From: a bacterium
GTDB taxonomy: Bacteria; Patescibacteriota; CPR2; UBA1875; CAIMLA01
Direction of reading: 5' to 3'
Assembly (NCBI GenBank): GCA_037140175.1
Contig: JBAXEY010000003.1
Coordinates: forward strand, 1 to 47,256
Length of the DNA stretch: 47,256 nucleotides
The position numbers and the translations under genes are program-made. Below are positions 1 to 8,420 of this stretch, in pieces (position 1 is the first letter of the stretch; every line of letters starts with the position of its first letter). The notes beneath the pieces are model-generated. The model made no database searches. It saw nothing but the letters and a program-made list of their open reading frames with translations, and was not told the origin of the DNA.

Positions 1-1
1 T

Positions 2-622
2 GCTAATATTTATCTTAATGAATTTGATCAATTTGTAAAACGAACAGTCAAAATTCGTTATTATGGACGCTATGTTGATGATATGGTCTTTGTCAGTAAA
101 GATAAAGTTAGGTTGAAGGCGTTTATTGCTCAAGCCCGTTGGTTTTTATGGCATGATTTAGGCTTAAAGCTTCATCCAAAGAAGATTTACTTTCAAGCAG
201 TTAAAAAGGGTGTTAGTTTTCTGGGTGTTGTCATAAGGCCATATCGAATCCTGATGGGCAAACGGATAAAAGGGAATTTCTACAAGAAAATATATTGTTA
301 TAAAATGTATCTCAGTTTGGAGAAAATCTTAAAGAGGGATTCACCAAGTCAGAATAAATTGATAATTAAACTAGTGTCAGTCTTTAATTCTTACCTTGGT
401 ATGATGGTTCACTATCATTCATATAAATTAAGGAAGAAGTTAACAGATCTAATTTGTCTTATTTATAAAGGGGTGCTTACAAAAGACAAAGAGTATAAAA
501 AAATTATTATTTTAAAAAGAAAGATTAAGAAATTATACGAACCAACTCTAATTATTCATCTATCAACCAGCCAAAAAGTCAAAAAGCTTGGTCTAACTGG
601 AGATATTTGGCAATCTGCATAA
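2..622 (+). CDS. Reverse transcriptase, DGR-like (5'-truncated by window edge)
   Basis: Frame is open from base 2: ANIYLNEFDQFVKR...YYGRYVDDMVF...LKLHPKK...GVSFLG...SYLG. This gives the YVDD catalytic motif plus a DGR-like thumb. Confidence 0.85.
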   Translation, partial: ANIYLNEFDQFVKRTVKIRYYGRYVDDMVFVSKDKVRLKAFIAQARWFLWHDLGLKLHPKKIYFQAVKKGVSFLGVVIRPYRILMGKRIKGNFYKKIYCYKMYLSLEKILKRDSPSQNKLIIKLVSVFNSYLGMMVHYHSYKLRKKLTDLICLIYKGVLTKDKEYKKIIILKRKIKKLYEPTLIIHLSTSQKVKKLGLTGDIWQSA

Positions 623-655
623 AAAAAGGCCCAGGAGAATCTCACTCCCAGGCCT
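621..655 (-). terminator. Intrinsic terminator
   Basis: AGGCCTGGGAG-TGAGATT-CTCCTGGGCCT followed by a T-run on the - strand. Confidence 0.8.
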
Positions 656-770
656 AGTCTCTTAATACTCGCTTGCGAGCACGACCGTCAGGACTCGTCT
701 GCACTCAAGTGAGAGTGGATCAGTCCAACCTTTAAGGTTCTGATCGTAGTAAGCAATCTTCCAGAAGACA
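621..770 (-). ncRNA. Putative structured small RNA (several hairpins plus terminator), family unknown
   Basis: Hairpins at 666-681, 702-717 and 718-745. G-U pairs form only on the - strand. No ORF. Confidence 0.45.
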
Positions 771-803
771 TTAAACACATTAAATAAACTTTTTTTGGGG
801 AGC

Positions 804-1178
804 TTATTTGTATTTATTAATAATTGTTTTAATTTCGTTAGTGATCCTTATTTTTGCATCGGCAATTGCTATAATCATTAATTTCTTCGTTTCTAAATAA
901 GAACGTTCCAAAGTTATTTTTTCGCCACGTTTATTTTTAAAGAGGTCCATGGTTTCTTTGGCCATTGCTTCTGTAGTGCAGTCTTCTTTCTCGGACTCCT
1001 TTTCTATTTGCAGCCAATATCCTAATTCATTTCTCAGCTTTGCATAATGAACAGCGTCGGTTCCTGATACTTTCTTGTTAAACTTTTCCTTAAACTCTTT
1101 GATAACTTTCTTGATTTCTTCTTCGGTTGGCTCAGAAAGCTTAGGTTCAAGACTTTCTATTTCTATTGGTTCTTTCAT
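804..1178 (-). CDS. Hypothetical helical protein
   Basis: 124-aa ORF with SD-like AAGGT upstream; no family recognised. Confidence 0.65.
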   Translation of the reverse strand: MKEPIEIESLEPKLSEPTEEEIKKVIKEFKEKFNKKVSGTDAVHYAKLRNELGYWLQIEKESEKEDCTTEAMAKETMDLFKNKRGEKITLERSYLETKKLMIIAIADAKIRITNEIKTIINKYK

Positions 1179-1202
1179 CTTTTACCTTATCTAAATAATT
1201 AC

Positions 1203-1823
1203 TTAAAACATTTTGAATATAAGCAGAATACCTTTTAACAATATTATCATAACTTGGAAGACAATAGATAGCGACCATCTTATCGCCCGGTAGACCGTTT
1301 CAGTGAGAAACGTTAGTGATTTTTGACCAAAATTTATCGTTGCGCCACTGGTCAGATCCCTAAGTCTATGAGCCTCTATGAGCTTCTTACTTATTCCTAG
1401 AAAAGAGATGGTTTGCTCTGCGAGCTCTACGCCTGGCATTCTTCTCATCAGCTCTTTACTTGATCTTTGAGAAAGAATGTTCAGGCTTCCTTCCCAAAGA
1501 ATTTTACGATCAATAATTGCTAATTTTTCGTGCATAAAACCCTCAGGATAGAAAACACGAGCACCAAGTTCCTCATAATCCTTAACTGATGATCTAATCT
1601 TTTCTCTCATTAGTGGTTTACATTCCTCAAAAGGACGGGTAAATATAAAAACAGCGATATCTCTTTTCTTGAGCTTAAGTAGAGCGTTCCGAAAGAAATC
1701 GGCTCTAAACTTGTTTATGAATGGGCTATATATAATGACTTCTTTTTCAGCTTCAAACAAATCTTTAATAAATGCCGGATAAAAAGTCAGCTCACTATAT
1801 AGGTTACTTATTTGATTTGTCAT
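1203..1823 (-). CDS. Phospholipase D-like (HKD) domain protein, putative nuclease
   Basis: IIYSPFI, HEKLAIID (HxKxxxxD) and WEGSLN motifs; SD AGGAG. Confidence 0.8.
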   Translation of the reverse strand: MTNQISNLYSELTFYPAFIKDLFEAEKEVIIYSPFINKFRADFFRNALLKLKKRDIAVFIFTRPFEECKPLMREKIRSSVKDYEELGARVFYPEGFMHEKLAIIDRKILWEGSLNILSQRSSKELMRRMPGVELAEQTISFLGISKKLIEAHRLRDLTSGATINFGQKSLTFLTETVYRAIRWSLSIVFQVMIILLKGILLIFKMF

Positions 1824-1886
1824 GTATTCTCCTTTTTTTTAGTCAACCTAGAAATTTCTACTAAAGTTTGCTATTATTGTGCTTGT

Positions 1887-2093
1887 ATGAAAAGTAAAGA
1901 ATCTATAAAACTGGGAAACCAGTTAAGGAAGTCTAGAGAAGAGGCTGGTCTTAGCCAAGCAACGCTAGCAAAGAAAGCTGGCATTAATGTTAATTACTAT
2001 GCCATTATTGAGCGTGGCGAAAAGAATGTTTCCTATGAAAAACTGCAGCGAATTGCAAAGGTGCTTAATATAAAATCACTAGACATGCGTTAG
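1887..2093 (+). CDS. XRE-family HTH transcriptional regulator
   Basis: LRKSREEAGLSQATLAKKAGINVNYYAIIERGEKN; ATG at 1887 preferred over the TTG at 1812. Confidence 0.88.
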   Translation: MKSKESIKLGNQLRKSREEAGLSQATLAKKAGINVNYYAIIERGEKNVSYEKLQRIAKVLNIKSLDMR

Positions 2094-2186
2094 CCGTCGT
2101 CTAGTTTGTCATTTTGGGACTCATATATCAGTTTTAGGGTAGGTTCCCATTCAAGAGCAATTTCAACGAAGGTGTTCCAAGTTTTT

Positions 2187-2202
2187 CGGCTAGGGTCCAC
2201 CA
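2187..2202 (+). mobile_element. Putative att site: 3' fragment of tRNA-Ala/tmRNA marking an island boundary
   Basis: CGGCT-AGGGTCC-A-CCA reads as T-stem 3' strand, acceptor strand with U70, discriminator A and CCA. It has no 5' tRNA half and lies at the accessory/core gene boundary. Confidence 0.6.
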
Positions 2203-2237
2203 ATATAGAATAAAAAATTTATTCAAGAGAAGGAACA

Positions 2238-3488
2238 ATGATGAGCAATGTTTACAAAAATGCGATGAAGCAACTACATGAGGCTGCAAAATTAATTCAA
2301 CTTAATCAAGAGATTATTGGCATATTAGAAAGTCCAAAAAACACCATAGAATTCAATATACCGATAAAGATGGATGATGAGAGTGTAAAATTATTTCGAG
2401 GATATCGAGTCCAACATAATGATGCTCGGGGACCATACAAGGGTGGTATTCGCTTTCATGAAAATGTCGATATCGACGAGGTCCGTTCATTAGCTTTTTG
2501 GATGAGCATGAAAACAGCCGTTGCGGATATTCCATATGGTGGTGCCAAAGGGGGAGTAACGGTTAATCCAAAGGAATTATCAGAAAATGAAAAGGAGAAA
2601 ATTGCCAGAGGTTATGTTAGGGGAATCAAAGACAATATTGGTCCAGATCGAGACATTCCAGCACCAGATGTGAATACAACGCCTCAGATAATGGCCTGGA
2701 TGATGGATGAGTATTCTCAGCTATCGGGAAAACATGAACCTGCTTCATTTACTGGAAAACCACTTGAGGTTGGTGGTGCCATTGATCGGGAGCCAGCAAC
2801 AGGTCAGGGCGGTGTCTATGTTCTCGATGAATATATCAAGAATCAAAAAGAGAAAAACAAGGAATATAGTATTGCCATCCAAGGCTTTGGTAATGTCGGC
2901 CGATATTTTGCGGAAATTATCCATTATTTAGGAAAGCCATACAAAATAGTAGCAGTTAGTGATTCTTCTGGTGCGATATACAATAAAAATGGTTTAGATA
3001 TACCATTTGTTATTGCTCATAAAAATGAAACAGGAAAAGTCACCGGTTTTGAGGGTGCAAAGATTATAAGCGAAGAAGAACTTTTTGAACTTGATGTTGA
3101 TATATTTGTTCCCGCCGCATTAGAAAATGCAATTTCAAAAGAAAGGGCCACAAAGCTAAAAGCGAAAACTGTTTTAGAGCTTGCCAATGGTCCAGTTACT
3201 GGCGAAGCCGAAGAAGTGTTATTGGAAAAGGGAGTTACAATTTTACCTGACATCTTAGCCAATGCTGGTGGAGTAACAGTTAGTTATTTTGAATGGGTCC
3301 AAGGAAAGACAGGGGATAGGTGGGATTCTGAGGAAACTCAAGATAAGTTAAGAAAAATTCTAGTTAAATCCTATAACGATATAGATAGGATTCGGGGGCA
3401 GTACAAGACTGACTTTAGGAAGGCGGCCTACATTTTGGCCATCTCTCGAATCTCTAAAGCTATAAAAATCAGAGGGGTAGAAAATTAA
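2238..3488 (+). CDS. gdhA: Glutamate dehydrogenase (Glu/Leu/Phe/Val DH family)
   Basis: GPYKGGIRFH, GGAKGG, DIPAPDV, IQGFGNVG, ANAGGVTVSYFEW. Confidence 0.93.
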   Translation: MMSNVYKNAMKQLHEAAKLIQLNQEIIGILESPKNTIEFNIPIKMDDESVKLFRGYRVQHNDARGPYKGGIRFHENVDIDEVRSLAFWMSMKTAVADIPYGGAKGGVTVNPKELSENEKEKIARGYVRGIKDNIGPDRDIPAPDVNTTPQIMAWMMDEYSQLSGKHEPASFTGKPLEVGGAIDREPATGQGGVYVLDEYIKNQKEKNKEYSIAIQGFGNVGRYFAEIIHYLGKPYKIVAVSDSSGAIYNKNGLDIPFVIAHKNETGKVTGFEGAKIISEEELFELDVDIFVPAALENAISKERATKLKAKTVLELANGPVTGEAEEVLLEKGVTILPDILANAGGVTVSYFEWVQGKTGDRWDSEETQDKLRKILVKSYNDIDRIRGQYKTDFRKAAYILAISRISKAIKIRGVEN

Positions 3489-3507
3489 CTATGAGTGCTC
3501 ATAAAAA

Positions 3508-4014
3508 ATGAAAAAGATCTTAGAGGTCCCACACCGAATTCAATACTATGATATCGATGATGATAAATGGCAGGGTCGATCGTGTGGCATTGTCTCCTTA
3601 TCTATGATTCTGGAATATTATGGTATCCAGGTTGATATAGATGAGTTAATCAAGCTAGGGTTAAAAAAAGACGGATACATCGATAAAATTGGTTGGAAGC
3701 ATCAAATAATTTGTGATTTAGCAAAGCATTATGGGCTGGTGGCCTATCGGACCGAGGACGATACGGTCGACAGTCTAATGGAAGCTCTTGAAAAGGATGA
3801 GCCAGTTATTATCTCGATCCACAAAAATTTTGATCTAGAAAACGGTGGACACTTAACGGTTCTAAACGGCTATTTTGTTTCAAACCAAGAGCTTCTGGGT
3901 TTCTATGTGAATGATCCAGTCGGGGCATCATATAAGCATCAAAATCAGTTTATCGAGATTGATAAGTTTCTTAATGGCTGGAAAAAGCGAGCTATTTATG
4001 TTAAAAAAGTATGA
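3508..4014 (+). CDS. C39-family papain-like peptidase
   Basis: Q..SCGIVSLSMIL, GHLTVLNG and NDP motifs. Confidence 0.8.
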   Translation: MKKILEVPHRIQYYDIDDDKWQGRSCGIVSLSMILEYYGIQVDIDELIKLGLKKDGYIDKIGWKHQIICDLAKHYGLVAYRTEDDTVDSLMEALEKDEPVIISIHKNFDLENGGHLTVLNGYFVSNQELLGFYVNDPVGASYKHQNQFIEIDKFLNGWKKRAIYVKKV

Positions 4015-6422
4015 GAATGACTAAATATAATCACAAAAGGATAGAAGAGAAGTGGCAGGAAATATGGGCCAAAACAAAGCTATATCAGGTAGATTTAGAG
4101 AAAGCGGATAAGCCTTTTTACAATCTAATGATGTTCCCATATCCAAGTGGTGAATACCTTCATCTAGGACACGGGTATTCGTACTCCGGAGCAGATGTTT
4201 ATGGTCGCTATATAAGGCTATCAGGCAAAGATGTCTTTGAGCCGATTGGTTATGATTCCTTTGGCTTGCCTGCAGAAAATTATGCTATTAAAGCAGGTGT
4301 TCATCCTAAGGTTAGCATCGCCAAGAATATAGAGATAGCTAGAGAGCAACTAAAATCATTTGGTTGTATGTTTGATTTTGAAAAGGAAGTAATCACAAGT
4401 GATCCATCATATTACAAATGGACTCAATGGGTCTTCCTCAAACTATATGAGCAAGGTTTGGCATACCAGAAAGAATCTCCTGTAAACTGGTGTCCAAAAT
4501 GTAAAACCGTTCTGGCAAACGAGCAAGTAATATCGGGTAAATGTGAGCGTTGCGATAGTGAAGTAATTCAAAAAAAGCTTAAACAATGGTTCTTCAAAAC
4601 TACAAAATATGCCGAAAAGCTAATCAACGACCTTGACAATGTCGACTGGCCAGAATCATCCAAAGTAAAACAAAAAAACTGGATTGGGAAATCATCTGGT
4701 GTTGAGTTTGAGATGGAGATAGATGGTTTTGCCGAAAAGCTTGGTGTTTTTACCACGCGAATTGATACTGTATATGGTATGACTTATGTGGTCATTGCTC
4801 CCGAACACCCATTAGTTGAAAAAATTACGACAAAGGAATACGGGAAAGAGGTTAAAAATTATCAAAAAACAACTCAAAAATTAGCCGAAATAGAGCGCCA
4901 ATCAACAGAAAAAGAAAAAACGGGCGTGTTTACTGGAGCGTATGCCATTAATCCTTTCAACAAAAGAAAGATTCCGATCTGGGTCGCTGATTATGTTATT
5001 TCTTCGTACGGAACAGGAGCAGTTATGGCGGTTCCGGCTCACGATGAGCGTGATTTTGAATTTGCCAAAAAATTTGGTTTGGAAATAATCACATCTGTTA
5101 TACCTAAAGTGGCGAAAAAAGGGATAAAGGTTTTTGTTGAAAAAGGAGTTTTAGCCGAATCAGATCATTTTACGGGGCTAACATCAGACGAGGCCATAAA
5201 AAAAATGGCAGAATGGCTTAAGAAAAAAGGGATTGGGGACGAGAAAACTACTTATAGATTACGGGATTGGTCATTTTCAAGACAGAGATATTGGGGCGCG
5301 CCAATACCAATAGTATATTGCAATCAATGTGGGGCAATCCCTATACCAGAAAAAGATCTACCCGTCGAGCTTCCTGAGGTTAAAGAATTTCGACCAACAG
5401 GATTGGGAGAAGGGCCTTTGGCGACTGCGATTGATTTTGTGAATACAAAATGTCCAAAATGTGGCGAGCCGGCAAAGAGAGAAACAGATACTATGGACAC
5501 CTTCGTTGACTCAAGTTTTTACTTCATGAGATACCCAAATGCTAGAGATGATAACGAGATGATGAACAAAAATATTACTCAAAAATGGTTACCGATAGAT
5601 ATGTATATAGGTGGAGCTGAACACGTAACTATGCATCTTTTATATGCAAGATTTGTCACAAAAGCTTTCTTTGATGCTGGGCTTATAAATTTTGATGAGC
5701 CATTTATGAAGTTGCGCCACCAGGGGATGATTCTAGGGCCAGATGGTAAGAAAATGAGTAAATCAAAAGGTAATATCGTTGTTCCGGGTGAAGTTATGAA
5801 AGAGGCAGGGGCGGATGCATTTCGTACTTACATCTTATTTATGGGCCAATTCGAAGACGGAGGTCCCTGGAATTCGAGTGGACTTTCTGGCATAGTTCGA
5901 TTCCTGGAAAAAGTTTGGCGACTATTTGACGGCGTAATAGATGAGAATAATCCTGAAATTGAGATTGAAAGAATTCTAAATAAAACCATTAGGAAAGTAG
6001 GGCAAGATATCGAAGATTTTAAATTTAATACAGCAATTTCTTCATTAATGATCTTAGTGAATTCTCTGAGTGACAGAAAAGTACAAAATAAAAAATCACT
6101 CGAGATACTTACTATATTAATTTCACCTTTTGCGCCCCATCTAGCAGAGGAGCTTTGGGAGAAGCTAGGTAACACAGAGAGCATTTTTGATGGTGTCTGG
6201 CCAAGATTCGATAAAGGCTTAATAGGAGATACAATCATAACTATGGCGGTCCAAATAAATGGCAAGGTACGTGATCAAATATTGGCAACGCCAGGGTTAG
6301 GTCAGGAAGAAATATTAAAATTAGCAAAGGAGTCGGACCGAACAAAAAAGTATTTAGCAGGCGCAGAAATCACTAAAATAATATACATACAAGACAAGCT
6401 TTTGAGCCTTGTCTTAAAGTAA
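4011..6422 (+). CDS. leuS: Leucine--tRNA ligase
   Basis: MFPYPSG..HLGH, editing motif GTGAVMAVPAHD, KMSKS. Confidence 0.97.
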   Translation: MRMTKYNHKRIEEKWQEIWAKTKLYQVDLEKADKPFYNLMMFPYPSGEYLHLGHGYSYSGADVYGRYIRLSGKDVFEPIGYDSFGLPAENYAIKAGVHPKVSIAKNIEIAREQLKSFGCMFDFEKEVITSDPSYYKWTQWVFLKLYEQGLAYQKESPVNWCPKCKTVLANEQVISGKCERCDSEVIQKKLKQWFFKTTKYAEKLINDLDNVDWPESSKVKQKNWIGKSSGVEFEMEIDGFAEKLGVFTTRIDTVYGMTYVVIAPEHPLVEKITTKEYGKEVKNYQKTTQKLAEIERQSTEKEKTGVFTGAYAINPFNKRKIPIWVADYVISSYGTGAVMAVPAHDERDFEFAKKFGLEIITSVIPKVAKKGIKVFVEKGVLAESDHFTGLTSDEAIKKMAEWLKKKGIGDEKTTYRLRDWSFSRQRYWGAPIPIVYCNQCGAIPIPEKDLPVELPEVKEFRPTGLGEGPLATAIDFVNTKCPKCGEPAKRETDTMDTFVDSSFYFMRYPNARDDNEMMNKNITQKWLPIDMYIGGAEHVTMHLLYARFVTKAFFDAGLINFDEPFMKLRHQGMILGPDGKKMSKSKGNIVVPGEVMKEAGADAFRTYILFMGQFEDGGPWNSSGLSGIVRFLEKVWRLFDGVIDENNPEIEIERILNKTIRKVGQDIEDFKFNTAISSLMILVNSLSDRKVQNKKSLEILTILISPFAPHLAEELWEKLGNTESIFDGVWPRFDKGLIGDTIITMAVQINGKVRDQILATPGLGQEEILKLAKESDRTKKYLAGAEITKIIYIQDKLLSLVLK

Positions 6423-6460
6423 AAAACGTGCTATAATCACTCACACTAAGTCATTTGAAA

Positions 6461-6952
6461 ATGGAAAAAATTGATACCAAAAAATTATTAACAGCTGAGA
6501 TTGGCACCAAAAAATCAGTTGAAGTCAGCGAAACGATTAAGGGCCTAGAACTATCTGATTCTATCGAAGGTAAAAGGGTAATTGGGAAGCTTAAAATAAC
6601 TAAACTCGATGACAGCCTAATAGCAAAAGGAGACTTTGTCGCAGGGGTTGTGCTGATTTGCGATCGTTGTCTAGAAAATTTTAAGGCTCATGTCCCGTTT
6701 CGGTTGGAGCGTGAATATAATACAGACCGTTCCGAACAGGCGGCAGAAGGATTATTCGTCGACAAATATGGTCAGATCGATATAACTGAGCCAATCAGAG
6801 AAGAAATTATTTTGAATATACCTCTAAACAATTATTGTGAGAATGGGTGTTTGGGGATTTGTCAGGGTTGTGGAGTAAATCTTAATCAAGAAAAATGTTG
6901 TTGTAAGAAAAAGAAAAAAGATCTCAAGCGAGGATCTGAAGGGAGAGAATAG
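6461..6952 (+). CDS. yceD: DUF177/YceD 23S rRNA accumulation protein
   Basis: CDRCLE and C..GCLGICQGCG.NLN; directly upstream of rpmF. Confidence 0.88.
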   Translation: MEKIDTKKLLTAEIGTKKSVEVSETIKGLELSDSIEGKRVIGKLKITKLDDSLIAKGDFVAGVVLICDRCLENFKAHVPFRLEREYNTDRSEQAAEGLFVDKYGQIDITEPIREEIILNIPLNNYCENGCLGICQGCGVNLNQEKCCCKKKKKDLKRGSEGRE

Positions 6953-7185
6953 TGGCGGTACCAAAAAAAAGAAAAACTTCAGCAAGAGGAAAGCAGAAAA
7001 GAAGTCATCACGCTTTAGTGAAGCCAAATTTGATCAGCTGTCCGCAATGTGGTGACAAAAATTTGTCACACACCATATGTGCGACTTGTGGTCGTTATGA
7101 TGGCAAGGAAATAATTCACGTTGAAACAAAACTGGATAAAAAGCTCAAAAAAGAAGCCAAAAGCAAAGAAAAACAAGAGGGATAA
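6952..7185 (+). CDS. rpmF: 50S ribosomal protein L32
   Basis: MAVPKKRKTS, CPQCG..H.IC.TCG.Y. Confidence 0.96.
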   Translation: MAVPKKRKTSARGKQKRSHHALVKPNLISCPQCGDKNLSHTICATCGRYDGKEIIHVETKLDKKLKKEAKSKEKQEG

Positions 7186-7665
7186 ATGGCATCCAATCGG
7201 CACCTTTCGAGAATAATTGCCTTCCAAACGCTATATGAACAGGAATTTATAGCAAAAAAAGTTCCTGGTCATGAGTCTGAGAGTCAGAAAACACTAGAAG
7301 AAATATTGGAGCGCAATTATCAGGAATTTGCTAAGGCCCTAGAGGGTCGAGAGTTTATTGACCAATTAGTTTGGGGAATACGGGAAAACAAGGACAAAAT
7401 AGATACAATTATTGTCCCAGCGGCCCCGGAGTGGCCAATTGAACAGATTGCCATGATTGACTTGATCATATTGAGAATGGGAATATTCGAACTTTTGTTT
7501 GCCAAGGAAGTCCCTCCTAAAGTGGCTATTAACGAAGCAGTTGAGCTGGCAAAAGCCTTTGGTGGACAAAATTCCTCGAAGTTTATTAATGGGGTGTTGG
7601 GTACTGTTTATAGGGCAAGCGATGTTTATAATCCCGACGACGATAAAAAACGCGAGAAAAAATGA
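7186..7665 (+). CDS. nusB: Transcription antitermination factor NusB
   Basis: [29 protein letters not shown]. Confidence 0.96.
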   Translation: MASNRHLSRIIAFQTLYEQEFIAKKVPGHESESQKTLEEILERNYQEFAKALEGREFIDQLVWGIRENKDKIDTIIVPAAPEWPIEQIAMIDLIILRMGIFELLFAKEVPPKVAINEAVELAKAFGGQNSSKFINGVLGTVYRASDVYNPDDDKKREKK

Positions 7666-8354
7666 CAGACTCAGAAAGCCTAAAACAATTTTTAGAGAAA
7701 AACGACATAAAATATAACAACGAGCAGTTGTTGCTAACAGCACTTACTCATCGTTCATATTTAAACGAGCATCACAATATAAAAGAACACAATGAAAGAC
7801 TTGAGTTTTTGGGTGATGCGGTCTTAGAACTAGTCGTTACAGAATATTTATACAAGAAGTACTCTAACCCAGAAGGTGATCTAACAAACTGGCGAAGTGC
7901 TTTGGTAAAAACAGAAACGATTTCTGAAGTAGCCAAGGACCTGGACGTTGAGCAGTATATATTAATGAGTCGAGGTGAGGCAAAGAGCCTTGGCCGTAGT
8001 CGACAATTAATTTTGGCAAATGCTTTTGAAGCAATCGTAGGAAGTATCTACATTGACCAAGGCTTAGAAGAAGTCCAAAAGTTTATTCAAAAAAACTTGA
8101 TAGTAAAATTAGATAAAATTTTATCAGAGAAATCATATATTGACCCTAAGAGCTTATTTCAGGAACTAGTCCAAGACAAAGAAGGGATAACCCCCTGTTA
8201 TGAGGTTTTAGGGGAAGACGGTCCAGATCATGATAAAACATTTACGGTTGGCGTTTTTGTTGGCGAGACGATTTGGGGAGAAGGGGAAGGTCCTTCAAAA
8301 CAAGCCGCTCAAGCCTCGGCCGCAATAAAGGCTATAGAAAAGTATAATAAATAA
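7662..8354 (+). CDS. rnc: Ribonuclease III
   Basis: [19 protein letters not shown] and a C-terminal dsRBD. Confidence 0.97.
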   Translation: MTDSESLKQFLEKNDIKYNNEQLLLTALTHRSYLNEHHNIKEHNERLEFLGDAVLELVVTEYLYKKYSNPEGDLTNWRSALVKTETISEVAKDLDVEQYILMSRGEAKSLGRSRQLILANAFEAIVGSIYIDQGLEEVQKFIQKNLIVKLDKILSEKSYIDPKSLFQELVQDKEGITPCYEVLGEDGPDHDKTFTVGVFVGETIWGEGEGPSKQAAQASAAIKAIEKYNK

Positions 8355-8375
8355 ACAATAAATTTTATTTTGACT

Positions 8376-8404
8376 AAAGCGTTGCTTAAAGCGGCGCTTT
8401 TTTT
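8376..8404 (+). terminator. Intrinsic terminator after rnc
   Basis: AAAGCGTTGCT-TAA-AGCGGCGCTTT followed by a T-run. Confidence 0.7.
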
Positions 8405-8420
8405 GTACAATTATTCTGTT

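Noticed and set aside
690-756. Hatchet ribozyme resemblance (CUUACU and GUGCAGACG on the - strand)
   Set aside because: The P1 and P2 pairings needed for the fold could not be built; short word matches only.
1-2200. DGR template or variable repeat
   Set aside because: No AAC-rich repeat pair or CLec-type target end visible in the window.
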